A DNA stretch of 64,000 nucleotides. Origin: a virus. The translations under genes and the position numbers were made by a program. The notes under the pieces were generated by a model that was given only the letters and a program-made list of their open reading frames with translations, searched no databases and was not told where the DNA came from. The first letter of the stretch is position 1; each line of letters opens with the position of its first letter. Of the stretch, positions 35,632 to 44,775 are shown piece after piece. Where the stretch lies: the IMG/VR virus record IMGVR_UViG_3300046171_000138; one strand, given 5' to 3'.

Positions 35632-37743
35632 ATGAACACCGCAGAAATCAAAGGTAACCTCGCTCGTCTGCTAGCCACCGAGAACCTGGTGGTTGAGCAT
35701 CGTAAGGTCTCCACTGCATCTTTCAACGTAGATACCCGTGTTCTCACCCTGCCCCTCTGGAACGCCTCTAACAGCGTCTATGACCTGCTTGTAGGACACG
35801 AGGTAGGTCATGCCCTCTACACCCCCAACATTGACTGGTCCGAGGTCGCACAGGTCCCCAAAGATTACATCAACGTGGTGGAAGATTCTCGCATCGAGAA
35901 GTTGATGAAGAGAAAGTATCCTGGTTTGTCCAAGACTTTCTTTAAAGGATATCAAGAACTTGATAACGAAGACTTCTTCTCAATCAATGACGAAGAACTG
36001 GATAACATCTCTTTCATTGACCGTATCAATCTTCACTGCAAGATTGGTGCTTTTTCTGTCATGCCTTTCGATGATGAGGAGCGTGTGATGGTTAAGGAAG
36101 TAGAGAACTGTGAGACTTTTGATGAAGTCATTGCTATTTGTCAAAAAATTTATGACTATTCACAGCAAGAGAAAATTGATGATGTAAATCAAAATGCTGC
36201 TGCTCAAGGCACTACAGAAAAGGTTGAGTCTTCAGACACTACAGAACCATCTAATACTGAAACCACTGATGAGGGGCAAACCATACAAAAAGATGGTGAT
36301 GATGAAGGTGAACAGTTAGATGAAAACATTTCTGCTGGTGGAAATGCTGGTGGTGATAGAGCTGAAACACAACGTGCGTTTGATGAAAACGTGCAGGACT
36401 TAACTGAAACTGCTCCATACTTTAGAGATCCTGTATACGTAGAGATTCCCAAGATTAATCTTGAGAACATTATTGTGGACCAGGCAGTGCTCCAAAAACA
36501 TATTGATGCCCACTATGGTTGCCGTGATCACAAACGTTACGACAATCCTCTAGAATTTGCTGACAATAGTTTTGATGTATTTAAAAAAGAATCCCAGAAG
36601 GAAGTCAACTACCTAGTCAAAGAGTTTGAGTGCAAGAAAGCAGCAGACTCTCATGCTCGTACATCATCTGCACGTACTGGTGTTCTTGACTGTGCCAAGC
36701 TTCACACTTACAAGTACAATGAAGATCTGTTTAAGAAAGTCTCTGTAATTCCTGATGGTAAAAACCATGGTATGATCTTCATTCTTGACTGGTCTGGGTC
36801 TATGTCGAACTATCTTCAGGATACAATCAAGCAATTGTTGTCTCTTGTGATGTTCTGTCGTAAGGTAAACATTCCTTTTGAGGTCTATGCTTTCACTTAT
36901 GAATGGAACAATCGTTTTCTCGATCCTGAAGAGCATGACTATGATCCAGATGAAGTACAAGATAAATGTGTTCGTGAAGAAAATAAATTCATGTTCCATA
37001 AACGATTCTCTCTCCTGAATTTGTTGTCATCTCGTACAAACAGTAAGAATTTTGATCGCCAGTGTCGTAATATTTTTCGCATTGGTTTCTTTATGAACTC
37101 TTATGGCGTTATTACACCCCCTGGTCTGGATTTGAGTGGCACTCCGCTTAATGAATCTATCATTGCGATGCATGAAATCATTCCAATGTTCAAGAAAATG
37201 ACTGGTGTTCAGAAAATTAACACTGTAATTCTCACTGATGGTGAGTCAAATAATATCAGCTACAATGTTTGTATTGGTAAAGGTAGTGAGTATACTTACT
37301 GGGGTCAACGTGCTGTTGATGGTGATGTTCATCTTCGTGATCGCAAGACTGGTCATGTCTACAGACGACGTGGATCCAATTTTAACGACTGCATCACTAC
37401 CATTTTGCTTGAGAACTTAAGTCATAATTTTCCTGAAGTGAACTTTCTTGGTTTCCGAATTCTAACTGGGGGTGATTTTTCATACCTGTATAGAAATACA
37501 TATAATGAAAGTTCTGATAACGTTCTTAAGAAGTGGAGGAAAGATAAATCTTTTGTGTTTAAGAAACAACTTGGGTATAATTCTCTGTACTTAATTGCAT
37601 CTACTTCAATGAATAAATCAACAGATTTTGAGGTTTCTAATGATGCTACCAAAGCACAGATTGCTAAAGCATTTAAGTCCATGCTGAAAGCAAAGACCAC
37701 GAACAAGAAAATCTTGTCCTCCTTTGTCGATATGGTCGCCTGA
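35632..37743 (+). CDS. Metallopeptidase-like (HExxH) + vWA domain protein (CobT/CoxE-like partner)
   Basis: HEVGH, NVVEDSRIE, MIDAS DWSGS...T...LTDGES and an acidic linker. Confidence 0.8.
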   Translation: MNTAEIKGNLARLLATENLVVEHRKVSTASFNVDTRVLTLPLWNASNSVYDLLVGHEVGHALYTPNIDWSEVAQVPKDYINVVEDSRIEKLMKRKYPGLSKTFFKGYQELDNEDFFSINDEELDNISFIDRINLHCKIGAFSVMPFDDEERVMVKEVENCETFDEVIAICQKIYDYSQQEKIDDVNQNAAAQGTTEKVESSDTTEPSNTETTDEGQTIQKDGDDEGEQLDENISAGGNAGGDRAETQRAFDENVQDLTETAPYFRDPVYVEIPKINLENIIVDQAVLQKHIDAHYGCRDHKRYDNPLEFADNSFDVFKKESQKEVNYLVKEFECKKAADSHARTSSARTGVLDCAKLHTYKYNEDLFKKVSVIPDGKNHGMIFILDWSGSMSNYLQDTIKQLLSLVMFCRKVNIPFEVYAFTYEWNNRFLDPEEHDYDPDEVQDKCVREENKFMFHKRFSLLNLLSSRTNSKNFDRQCRNIFRIGFFMNSYGVITPPGLDLSGTPLNESIIAMHEIIPMFKKMTGVQKINTVILTDGESNNISYNVCIGKGSEYTYWGQRAVDGDVHLRDRKTGHVYRRRGSNFNDCITTILLENLSHNFPEVNFLGFRILTGGDFSYLYRNTYNESSDNVLKKWRKDKSFVFKKQLGYNSLYLIASTSMNKSTDFEVSNDATKAQIAKAFKSMLKAKTTNKKILSSFVDMVA

Positions 37744-37812
37744 CAAACCGTCCATCGCCCCTGGTTTCAGGGGCACCATGCTCTATAATAAGTTCATCAA
37801 CACAAGAGACCA

Positions 37813-38868
37813 ATGCCTCGTTCCGCTAACATCGATCCCGCTGCTCTCACACAGTATCTCTCTGATAATTATGGCAATGAGTTTGGTAGTCAAGCAGTTC
37901 TGAAAGCTGCTGATGAGTTTGGAGTATCCTACCCCACCATTTGCAAACGTCTTGAGAAGTATAAAGTTAGTTACGGTAAATGGAGTCTCACTGCCGAGCA
38001 ACTTGAGCAACAATACCAAGCACCTACCGCACAACCCGCTGTCGAACTGAACCTTATTCCTGAAAAAGATGATTCCTTCATCCAGTTTGGTGACTTCTCT
38101 GATATTAAAAAAATTATTAAGTCCCGTCTCTTCTACCCTACGTTTATCACGGGTCTTTCGGGCAACGGTAAAACGTTTGGTGTCGAACAAGCGTGTGCTC
38201 AACTTGGACGAGAACTCATTCGAGTCAACATCACAGTAGAAACAGATGAAGATGATCTTATTGGCGGTTTCCGTTTGGTTGACGGTAATACTGTCTGGCA
38301 CAATGGTCCTGTCATTGAAGCTCTTGAGCGGGGTGCTGTTCTCCTTCTGGATGAAATTGATCTGGCATCCAACAAAATCCTTTGTCTCCAATCTATCCTT
38401 GAGGGTAAAGGTATCTTCTTGAAAAAGATTGGTAAGTTTGTGCAACCTACAGAAGGATTTACTGTTCTTGCTACTGCTAATACCAAAGGTAAAGGTAGTG
38501 ATGATGGTCGTTTCATCGGTACTAACGTATTGAACGAAGCATTCCTTGAGCGTTTCTGTGTCACCTTTGAGCAAGAGTATCCTACTCCTGCTGTGGAGGC
38601 AAAGATTCTTTTGAAACTCTGTGATGATGGACAGTTCGTTGAAAAACTAGTAGACTGGGCAGACATCATTCGCAAGACTTTTAAAGACGGTGGTATTGAT
38701 GAGGTCATCAGCACCCGTCGCCTGGTCCACATCGTCCAAGCTTTCAAGATCTTCGGTAAGCGTATGAAGTCTATCGAAGTCTGCACCAATCGTTTCGACG
38801 AAGAAACTAAAACATCATTCATTGAACTCTATGACAAAATTGATGAAAATGCCGAACAAGATTCATAA
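37813..38868 (+). CDS. cobS: MoxR/CobS-like AAA+ ATPase
   Basis: GLSGNGKT, LLLDEID, TANTKG and LNEAFLERF. Confidence 0.88.
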   Translation: MPRSANIDPAALTQYLSDNYGNEFGSQAVLKAADEFGVSYPTICKRLEKYKVSYGKWSLTAEQLEQQYQAPTAQPAVELNLIPEKDDSFIQFGDFSDIKKIIKSRLFYPTFITGLSGNGKTFGVEQACAQLGRELIRVNITVETDEDDLIGGFRLVDGNTVWHNGPVIEALERGAVLLLDEIDLASNKILCLQSILEGKGIFLKKIGKFVQPTEGFTVLATANTKGKGSDDGRFIGTNVLNEAFLERFCVTFEQEYPTPAVEAKILLKLCDDGQFVEKLVDWADIIRKTFKDGGIDEVISTRRLVHIVQAFKIFGKRMKSIEVCTNRFDEETKTSFIELYDKIDENAEQDS

Positions 38869-39013
38869 TTACATCGGCAGTATTGCAATGCTGGATACTG
38901 GTAATTCAGTCAAAATCCTCGGTGGTACGGGTCGTGAACTCTATGTTCAGACCCTTGACGGATCCATTCAGAGGTGCTATCATAGTCAATTGAGGTACAT
39001 CTACAAAGCATGA
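38849..39013 (+). CDS. Small hypothetical (SH3-like beta protein possible)
   Basis: ORF coupled by ATGA to the next gene. Start uncertain. Confidence 0.55.
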   Translation: MPNKIHNYIGSIAMLDTGNSVKILGGTGRELYVQTLDGSIQRCYHSQLRYIYKA

Positions 39014-39297
39014 CTTTGAAATATAATGAAGAAGCTCTTCTCAAAGAGCTACGTGACTACATTACTGGAACCTATGGACAACACTATTCAGCAGGTAATG
39101 ACGCAATTCAGACGTTAGATCTAATTGAAGCTTGTGGTGATGCAGAAGCATTCTGCCGCTCTAACATTCTGAAGTATGCTTCACGGTATGATAAGAAAGG
39201 AACTGCCCGTCGTGACATCATTAAGATCCTTCACTACGGTCTTCTCCTCCTTCACTTCTCCGACAAATCTCAAATTACTGAAACATATTCTCAATGA
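39010..39297 (+). CDS. DUF3310/SaV-like protein
   Basis: HYS, QTLDLI, FCRSNILKYASRYDKKG and DIIKILHY. Confidence 0.65.
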   Translation: MTLKYNEEALLKELRDYITGTYGQHYSAGNDAIQTLDLIEACGDAEAFCRSNILKYASRYDKKGTARRDIIKILHYGLLLLHFSDKSQITETYSQ

Positions 39298-39959
39298 GCA
39301 AACTCATTTTATCTAATGACACTCACGCAATCCTGAAGAACTTTGCTACAATCAATAGTTCTATCATGATTCGTCAAGGAAATACTCTGAAGACTATTAG
39401 CGTGGGTGAGAACTCTATTGCAGAGTTCAATTGTGAAGAGACTTTTCCACAGAGCTTTGGTATCTATGATCTGTCAGAATTTCTGACTGGCATGAGCTTG
39501 TTTGATTCTCCTGTTCTGGAGTTTGCCGAGCAGCATGTCAATATCATTGGTAATGGTCGTAAGGCACGTTACTATTTTTCTAACCCAGAGATTACTCTCA
39601 AGGCAGCTCCAGAAAAGAATGTCCAATTCCCTGGTGCTGATATTGAGTTCAACATTTCTGCTGAAGATATCAAGGCATTGAAGACTGCCAGCATGGTATA
39701 CAGTCTCCCAGATTTGTCTTTCACTTCTGATGAAAGTGGAAGCATTGCAATCAAACTCTTCAACAAAGAAGATGAGACTAGCAATGTATACGAGCAAACT
39801 GTCACTGGAAACTCCACAGGCATTCATAATCTTTGTATGAAGATGGATAACCTCCGACTTCACAACGGTGATTATCATGTAGAAGTCTCCGATAAACTAG
39901 TGAGCATGTGGAAGCATCAACGTCTTGACTTGAAGTATTTTATTGCACTTGAACCTTGA
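39294..39959 (+). CDS. gp45: Sliding clamp gp45
   Basis: ILKNFATINSSI, FGIYDLSEFL and YFIALE. Confidence 0.93.
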   Translation: MSKLILSNDTHAILKNFATINSSIMIRQGNTLKTISVGENSIAEFNCEETFPQSFGIYDLSEFLTGMSLFDSPVLEFAEQHVNIIGNGRKARYYFSNPEITLKAAPEKNVQFPGADIEFNISAEDIKALKTASMVYSLPDLSFTSDESGSIAIKLFNKEDETSNVYEQTVTGNSTGIHNLCMKMDNLRLHNGDYHVEVSDKLVSMWKHQRLDLKYFIALEP

Positions 39960-40903
39960 TGAACAAGAAATTTTTATGGGTGGAAGAGTATCGTCCTCGT
40001 ACAATTGATGATTGTATTCTTCCTGCGAGCATTCTCAACGTGTTCAAAGGTTTTGTTGAACAGGGTGAACTCCCTAACCTGCTGCTACCTGGTACTGCAG
40101 GCATCGGCAAGACCACTGTTGCGAAAGCATTGTGTGAAGAAATTGGAGCTTCATACATTGTAGTTAATGGTAGTGACGAGGGTCGCTTCCTAGACACCAT
40201 TCGACAGAAGGTGCGTACATTTGCTAGCACTGTCTCTCTGTCCTCTAGCAGCGCCCACAAGGTCGTTATTATCGATGAGGCAGACAACACCACTAGTGAT
40301 GTTCAACTGTCCTTGAGGACCGCTATCGAAGAGTTCCACAGTAACTGTCGGTTCATCTTCACCTGCAACTTCCCGAACAAGATCATTGAACCACTGCATT
40401 CTCGATGCACTGTGGTTGATTTCAGGATCAAGAACGAGGATAAGATGCAGATGCAAGGCAGGTTCTTCCATCGTCTTAAGTATATCCTTGATCAAAATGA
40501 GGTAAAGTATGACGATAAAGTTCTTGTCAAGCTTATTCAGAGATACTATCCTGACTGGCGTCGTCTGATCAATGAGTGTCAGCGTCATGCTGCTGGTGGT
40601 AAGATTGATGTAGATATCCTATGTGATATTGCAGATATCAAACTGGATGACCTCGTTAAGGCGATGAAGAAGAAAGAGTTTACTACTATCAAAAGGTGGG
40701 TAGTAGAAAATACTGACAATGATCCAAACATTGTCATGCGTAAAATTTATGATATCCTTTATGATAATCTTAAAGGAACATCTATACCTGAAGCAGTTCT
40801 GGTCCTTGCCAAGTACCAGTATCAAATTGCTTTTGTTGCCGACCAGGAGATCAACCTGTTGGCATGTTTAACAGAAATTATGCTAGGATGCGAATTTAAA
40901 TGA
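39956..40903 (+). CDS. gp44: Clamp loader large subunit gp44
   Basis: LWVEEYRP, GIGKTT, IIDEAD and PLHSRC. Confidence 0.96.
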   Translation: MMNKKFLWVEEYRPRTIDDCILPASILNVFKGFVEQGELPNLLLPGTAGIGKTTVAKALCEEIGASYIVVNGSDEGRFLDTIRQKVRTFASTVSLSSSSAHKVVIIDEADNTTSDVQLSLRTAIEEFHSNCRFIFTCNFPNKIIEPLHSRCTVVDFRIKNEDKMQMQGRFFHRLKYILDQNEVKYDDKVLVKLIQRYYPDWRRLINECQRHAAGGKIDVDILCDIADIKLDDLVKAMKKKEFTTIKRWVVENTDNDPNIVMRKIYDILYDNLKGTSIPEAVLVLAKYQYQIAFVADQEINLLACLTEIMLGCEFK

Positions 40904-41181
40904 CTGTACTAATGCGACTCTACTCTGGTGAAGATATTATCTGCCAGATCAAAGAAGAAAATGACGAACGCTACATCGTAGAAAATGTTGTAGTTGCTGT
41001 TCCTATGGAACGTGGACAACTGTCTTTTGCTCCATGGTCTCCTCTCGCCAAAGAAGGTATTCCTCTGACTATCACCAAGAATTATGTGGTGTATCAGACA
41101 GAGCTGAATGAAGACCTGGTGGTGCAATATGAAGGACTCTTTTCTAAAGTAATTACTCCTCAAAAGAAACTGATTGTCTGA
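40900..41181 (+). CDS. Sm-like hypothetical protein
   Basis: LYSGEDIIC and FAPWSP. Confidence 0.6.
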   Translation: MTVLMRLYSGEDIICQIKEENDERYIVENVVVAVPMERGQLSFAPWSPLAKEGIPLTITKNYVVYQTELNEDLVVQYEGLFSKVITPQKKLIV

Positions 41182-41399
41182 TGCAAGTACCAAGCAAAGA
41201 AGAGCTCACACATTTTAAGATTCAAGCAGCAATGCGAGAAAACTTATTCCCTGAAGATCAAATCAAATATCTTGGTGAACGCGCAGGTCATCATTGGTAT
41301 TTGATTGCTGGTGAGCATGAAGTATCTGCAAATCAAATAGAGGATTTTGAAAATGTCCATGAAGAAGACAACCCCACAGAACGTTCAGGAAGCAAATGA
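41181..41399 (+). CDS. Hypothetical protein
   Basis: ORF in series, GHHWYLI. Confidence 0.55.
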   Translation: MQVPSKEELTHFKIQAAMRENLFPEDQIKYLGERAGHHWYLIAGEHEVSANQIEDFENVHEEDNPTERSGSK

Positions 41400-41619
41400 A
41401 GCATTGTTTCATGCTACAATGAACCTACCCCATGCTGCTGCTCATTGTGGAATGACAGAGCGTGAAATGAAAATGATCTTTCGTGAGTACCTTAAATATC
41501 ATGCCCCAGACATTGAAGTCGTTAAAGACACCGTTGAGGTATCCAGGAGGAAAGAGCAGAGCGTTAAGCAAACTGTTCCAGTACCTCCCAGACCTTTCCC
41601 AGGCAAAAGAGTATCGTGA
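41353..41619 (+). CDS. Hypothetical protein (overlaps dam)
   Basis: MNLPHAAAHCGMTEREMK, helix-turn-helix-like. Confidence 0.5.
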   Translation: MSMKKTTPQNVQEANEALFHATMNLPHAAAHCGMTEREMKMIFREYLKYHAPDIEVVKDTVEVSRRKEQSVKQTVPVPPRPFPGKRVS

Positions 41620-42340
41620 ACCATTCATTGGTGGTGGTTCTGTTGCCATTGAAATTGGTAAACGATATCCAAACCTAGACATCTGGGTCAATGATCTGTA
41701 CGAACCACTCTATAACTTTTGGAGAGAACTCCAGGAGAATGGTAGAGAGATGCGGGATCAGTTGGTACAACTGAAGCAACGTTATTGTGAACCAGTATCA
41801 GCTAAAGTATTATTTCAGCAAGCTAAAGGAAAAGTAAACGATGATCAGACATCCAATTTATCTCGTGCTGTTGCTTTTTACGTTGTTAACAAGTGCTCTT
41901 TTTCTGGTCTCACTGAATCCAGTTCCTTCTCAAAGCAGGCTTCAGAGAGCAATTTCTCAATGCGAGGCATTGATAAACTCCCAGACTATTCGTTGATGAT
42001 CAAGAAGTGGAAAATTACTAACTTATCTTATGAAGAGCTCTTCACCGACAATCGAGATACCTTCATCTATCTCGACCCCCCATATGATATTAGAGATAAC
42101 CTCTATGGACGGCGGGGGAATATGCACAAGTCCTTCTGTCATGATACCTTTGCTAGTGACTGTGATCGTTTCATCTGTCCTCAACTTGTATCTTACAATT
42201 CGTCTCAACTGGTCAAAGATCGGTTCCAAGGGTGGACAGTAGGAGAATTTGCACACACTTACACCATGAGGAGCGTGGGGAGTTATAATACAGATCAAGC
42301 AGCTCGCAAGGAACTCGTCCTAACCAACTATGAAATGTGA
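41501..42340 (+). CDS. dam: DNA adenine methyltransferase (D12 class)
   Basis: PLRYPGGKS, EPFIGGGS, WVND and IYLDPPY. Confidence 0.92.
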   Translation: MPQTLKSLKTPLRYPGGKSRALSKLFQYLPDLSQAKEYREPFIGGGSVAIEIGKRYPNLDIWVNDLYEPLYNFWRELQENGREMRDQLVQLKQRYCEPVSAKVLFQQAKGKVNDDQTSNLSRAVAFYVVNKCSFSGLTESSSFSKQASESNFSMRGIDKLPDYSLMIKKWKITNLSYEELFTDNRDTFIYLDPPYDIRDNLYGRRGNMHKSFCHDTFASDCDRFICPQLVSYNSSQLVKDRFQGWTVGEFAHTYTMRSVGSYNTDQAARKELVLTNYEM

Positions 42341-42470
42341 AGTCACCCTATTCATCGCAGGCACCATCTTCAAAGAAGAGGTGATTGCACGTAACTATGA
42401 AGACGCACGTCGGACTGCGCTTGCCAGAAATCCTACCGCTAAAGTGATGAGTGTTAATGTTAAATTATGA
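42330..42470 (+). CDS. Hypothetical microprotein (46 aa, not in ORF track)
   Basis: MKCEVTLFIAGTIFKEEVIARNYEDARRTALARNPTAKV. Stop overlaps the gp62 ATG. Confidence 0.65.
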   Translation: MKCEVTLFIAGTIFKEEVIARNYEDARRTALARNPTAKVMSVNVKL

Positions 42471-42853
42471 GTTATAAACTTACTGATTATTTGTATTCAA
42501 TTAATCAGTCTAAAAAGAATATAATGCGTGAAGATAAGGATGCTGTGAAAGGTTATCCTCCCTTCATCATTAACAAGTGCATGTCGCATCATATCGATTC
42601 GATACTGTACGCCAATGAAATGAATATGCATCCTGAATTAGACAAAGAGATGCAATATGATTTTTTTATAAATAGTTTGAAACCTAGGAAGCGTTTCGCT
42701 CCTTGGGCGAAGAAGGAAACTCTTGAGCATCTTGACTTGGTGAAGCAATATTATGGATATAACCATAACAAAGCACTTGCCGCTTTAAGAATTCTCACGA
42801 ATTCTGATCTTGAAAAAATAGCAAAACTATTAGATACAGGCGGAACAAGATGA
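42467..42853 (+). CDS. gp62: Clamp loader small subunit gp62
   Basis: YPPFIINKCMS, ANEMN, RKRFAPW and VKQYYGY. Confidence 0.92.
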   Translation: MSYKLTDYLYSINQSKKNIMREDKDAVKGYPPFIINKCMSHHIDSILYANEMNMHPELDKEMQYDFFINSLKPRKRFAPWAKKETLEHLDLVKQYYGYNHNKALAALRILTNSDLEKIAKLLDTGGTR

Positions 42854-43272
42854 GCACTGAAATTGAAGTACAATGGCAACCTTCTGATATGGTGGAAGTG
42901 AGTCTGTCTGAACCAGACGATTTTCTGAAGGTTCGTGAGACACTAACCCGTATTGGTGTTGCTTCAAGAAAAGAACGCAAGCTATATCAATCATGTCATA
43001 TTCTGCACAAGCAGGGTAGATATTACATCGTTCATTTTAAAGAGTTGTTTGCATTGGATGGCAAAAAAACAAACTTTACTGTTAATGATGTTCAACGAAG
43101 GAATCGTATTACCCAACTGTTGTCAGACTGGGGTCTCGTATCTGTAGTCGAAGCAGAACGCATTGAAGACATTGCACCCTTGAATCAAATTAAGGTGCTA
43201 TCATTTAAAGATAAAGACGATTGGATCCTAGAATCCAAATACAATATCGGTCGCAAGAAAACCGAGGTGTAG
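42850..43272 (+). CDS. regA: Translational repressor RegA
   Basis: DDFLKVRETLTRIG, QSCHILHKQGRYYIVHFKELF and KYNIG. Confidence 0.96.
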   Translation: MSTEIEVQWQPSDMVEVSLSEPDDFLKVRETLTRIGVASRKERKLYQSCHILHKQGRYYIVHFKELFALDGKKTNFTVNDVQRRNRITQLLSDWGLVSVVEAERIEDIAPLNQIKVLSFKDKDDWILESKYNIGRKKTEV

Positions 43273-43284
43273 TAAACTAATCTT

Positions 43285-43316
43285 AAAAGTGTGGTAAATA
43301 CTACCACACTTTTTTT
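43285..43316 (+). terminator. Terminator after regA with late promoter TAAATA across the loop
   Basis: Perfect 12-bp stem AAAAGTGTGGTA-AATAC-TACCACACTTTT plus T-run. Confidence 0.8.
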
Positions 43317-43427
43317 ATGTGCTTTTATAATTAATATTGTAGAAGGAGAGGGACCTAGGTCCCCCTTTTACGCCAACGGATGCCTTCGGGGTCCACACAA
43401 AAACACTCGCTAATATAGGAGTTACTA

Positions 43428-43862
43428 ATGGATAAGTTTGCATGGGATTTATATTCCCCACACTTTGTAGGGCTCGATGATATCTTTCATCGTCTAGATA
43501 GTATGTCAAATCATAATACAAACTACCCCCCTTACAATTTAATCAAGCATGACAACAGTAAGTATACTATTGAAATCGCTTTGGCAGGATTTAAACCAGA
43601 GGAGATTGAAGTATCTACAGAATCAAACATTCTCAAAGTTGCCACGAAAAATACAAGAAGAGATCCTGATGTCCAGTATCTCCACCGTGGAGTATCAAAG
43701 CGTTCCTTTATTAATACGTGGCAACTCGCGGACGATGTTAAAATTGGAGAGGTTACGTTCCTAGATGGTCTATTAATTGTTCACTTGAACAAATATATTC
43801 CAGAGCATCAAAGAAAAATTGTTTATGATATTGCTGGTACTAAAGAATTATTGTTAGAATGA
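43428..43862 (+). CDS. hsp20: Small heat-shock protein (Hsp20/IbpA family)
   Basis: NYPPYN, IEIALAGF, YLHRGVSKRSF and DGLL. Confidence 0.95.
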   Translation: MDKFAWDLYSPHFVGLDDIFHRLDSMSNHNTNYPPYNLIKHDNSKYTIEIALAGFKPEEIEVSTESNILKVATKNTRRDPDVQYLHRGVSKRSFINTWQLADDVKIGEVTFLDGLLIVHLNKYIPEHQRKIVYDIAGTKELLLE

Positions 43863-44050
43863 AATCATTAATTATCCACTTGGTAGCCTTCTGGAATGTT
43901 GCGGTAGTTAACTGCGTCCAACCACCCAATTGGCAGTATTGTTATCGAGTGGATCAATGGTTGATACCTGAAATGATTGAAGGATATAAACTTTGGTCTG
44001 GTCAAACTAAAATATATGAGAACGAAAAAGAATATCTCATTACTAAATAA
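43859..44050 (+). CDS. Small hypothetical protein
   Basis: ATGA overlap with hsp20, two Cys, hydrophobic N-terminus. Confidence 0.6.
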   Translation: MKSLIIHLVAFWNVAVVNCVQPPNWQYCYRVDQWLIPEMIEGYKLWSGQTKIYENEKEYLITK

Positions 44051-44069
44051 AGACATATCGTCGCCGCAC

Positions 44070-44110
44070 GGGGGTAACTGGCAAAATCCAGTTGACACCC
44101 CCATTTTTTT
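44070..44110 (+). terminator. Hairpin + T7 overlapping a sigma70 promoter
   Basis: GGGGGT-AACTGG-caaaat-CCAGTT-gac-ACCCCC followed by ATTTTTTT. Confidence 0.75.
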
Positions 44111-44120
44111 GTGGTAAAAT
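44092..44120 (+). promoter_or_regulatory. sigma70-like promoter of the gp43 operon
   Basis: TTGACA-17 nt-TAAAAT with a TG extension. Confidence 0.8.
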
Positions 44121-44144
44121 AAAGCAGTTCAATACTTTTCTATT

Positions 44145-44552
44145 ATGGCAAACGCAATCGTAGTCCTGTCTGGTTCACACGAACGTCTCATTTGTGACCT
44201 TCAGGAAGTACGTGAAGGAGATGACAAAGAGGGTAAGCCCATTTGTCTCATCATGATTCGACCATACACTTTGAACCTAGAACCAGGAAATGGGACAGGT
44301 AATCAAGAAGTGCAAGTTCGATTCAATAAGTGGCTTCCATTCTCTATTGATACACAATTTAAAATTCCATTCTCTTCAGTAACATGTGTTGGAGCAGTGG
44401 ATCCTGGTTTGGAAGAAGCTTATACAAGAACTGTAGAGCAAGCAGTAGCACAAGAACAAGCACAGATGGAAGCGATGGCAGCAGCTGCTGCTGACACTGG
44501 ATTTGTTCCAGCAGTTGAGGAGGTAACTAATGCTGAAGCTCCTGCGGTTTGA
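44145..44552 (+). CDS. Conserved hypothetical protein
   Basis: ORF downstream of the promoter, VRFNKWLPFS. Confidence 0.65.
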   Translation: MANAIVVLSGSHERLICDLQEVREGDDKEGKPICLIMIRPYTLNLEPGNGTGNQEVQVRFNKWLPFSIDTQFKIPFSSVTCVGAVDPGLEEAYTRTVEQAVAQEQAQMEAMAAAAADTGFVPAVEEVTNAEAPAV

Positions 44553-44775
44553 GAGTCGCTGGTTAGTCAGCGAAGTTGAAGAGATTCCTGGAGTTGAGTT
44601 CGGGGATCCCGATTGTGTGCTAAAATACCCCTGTGAGGTGACGGAAGATGGTCTTACTACCTTCCCACCTTTCTCCGATGACCGTGAGTTGGCGGTCAGG
44701 TCTTCAGACATCACCTTGATTGCTGAACCTGACAGCAAAACCGCATCGCTTTTTTACGAAATCAAATCTGAATGA
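44530..44775 (+). CDS. Conserved hypothetical protein
   Basis: GDPDCVLKYP, with ATGA overlap on gp43. Confidence 0.65.
   Translation: MLKLLRFESRWLVSEVEEIPGVEFGDPDCVLKYPCEVTEDGLTTFPPFSDDRELAVRSSDITLIAEPDSKTASLFYEIKSE

Noticed and set aside
38199-38822. 207-aa minus-strand ORF
   Set aside because: It is the antisense shadow of the AAA+ gene, Ser/Arg-rich, with no motif, RBS or promoter.
37813-38868. Cobalamin biosynthesis function implied by the cobS label
   Set aside because: No cobN or other cob genes are in the window. The label reflects MoxR-family similarity only.
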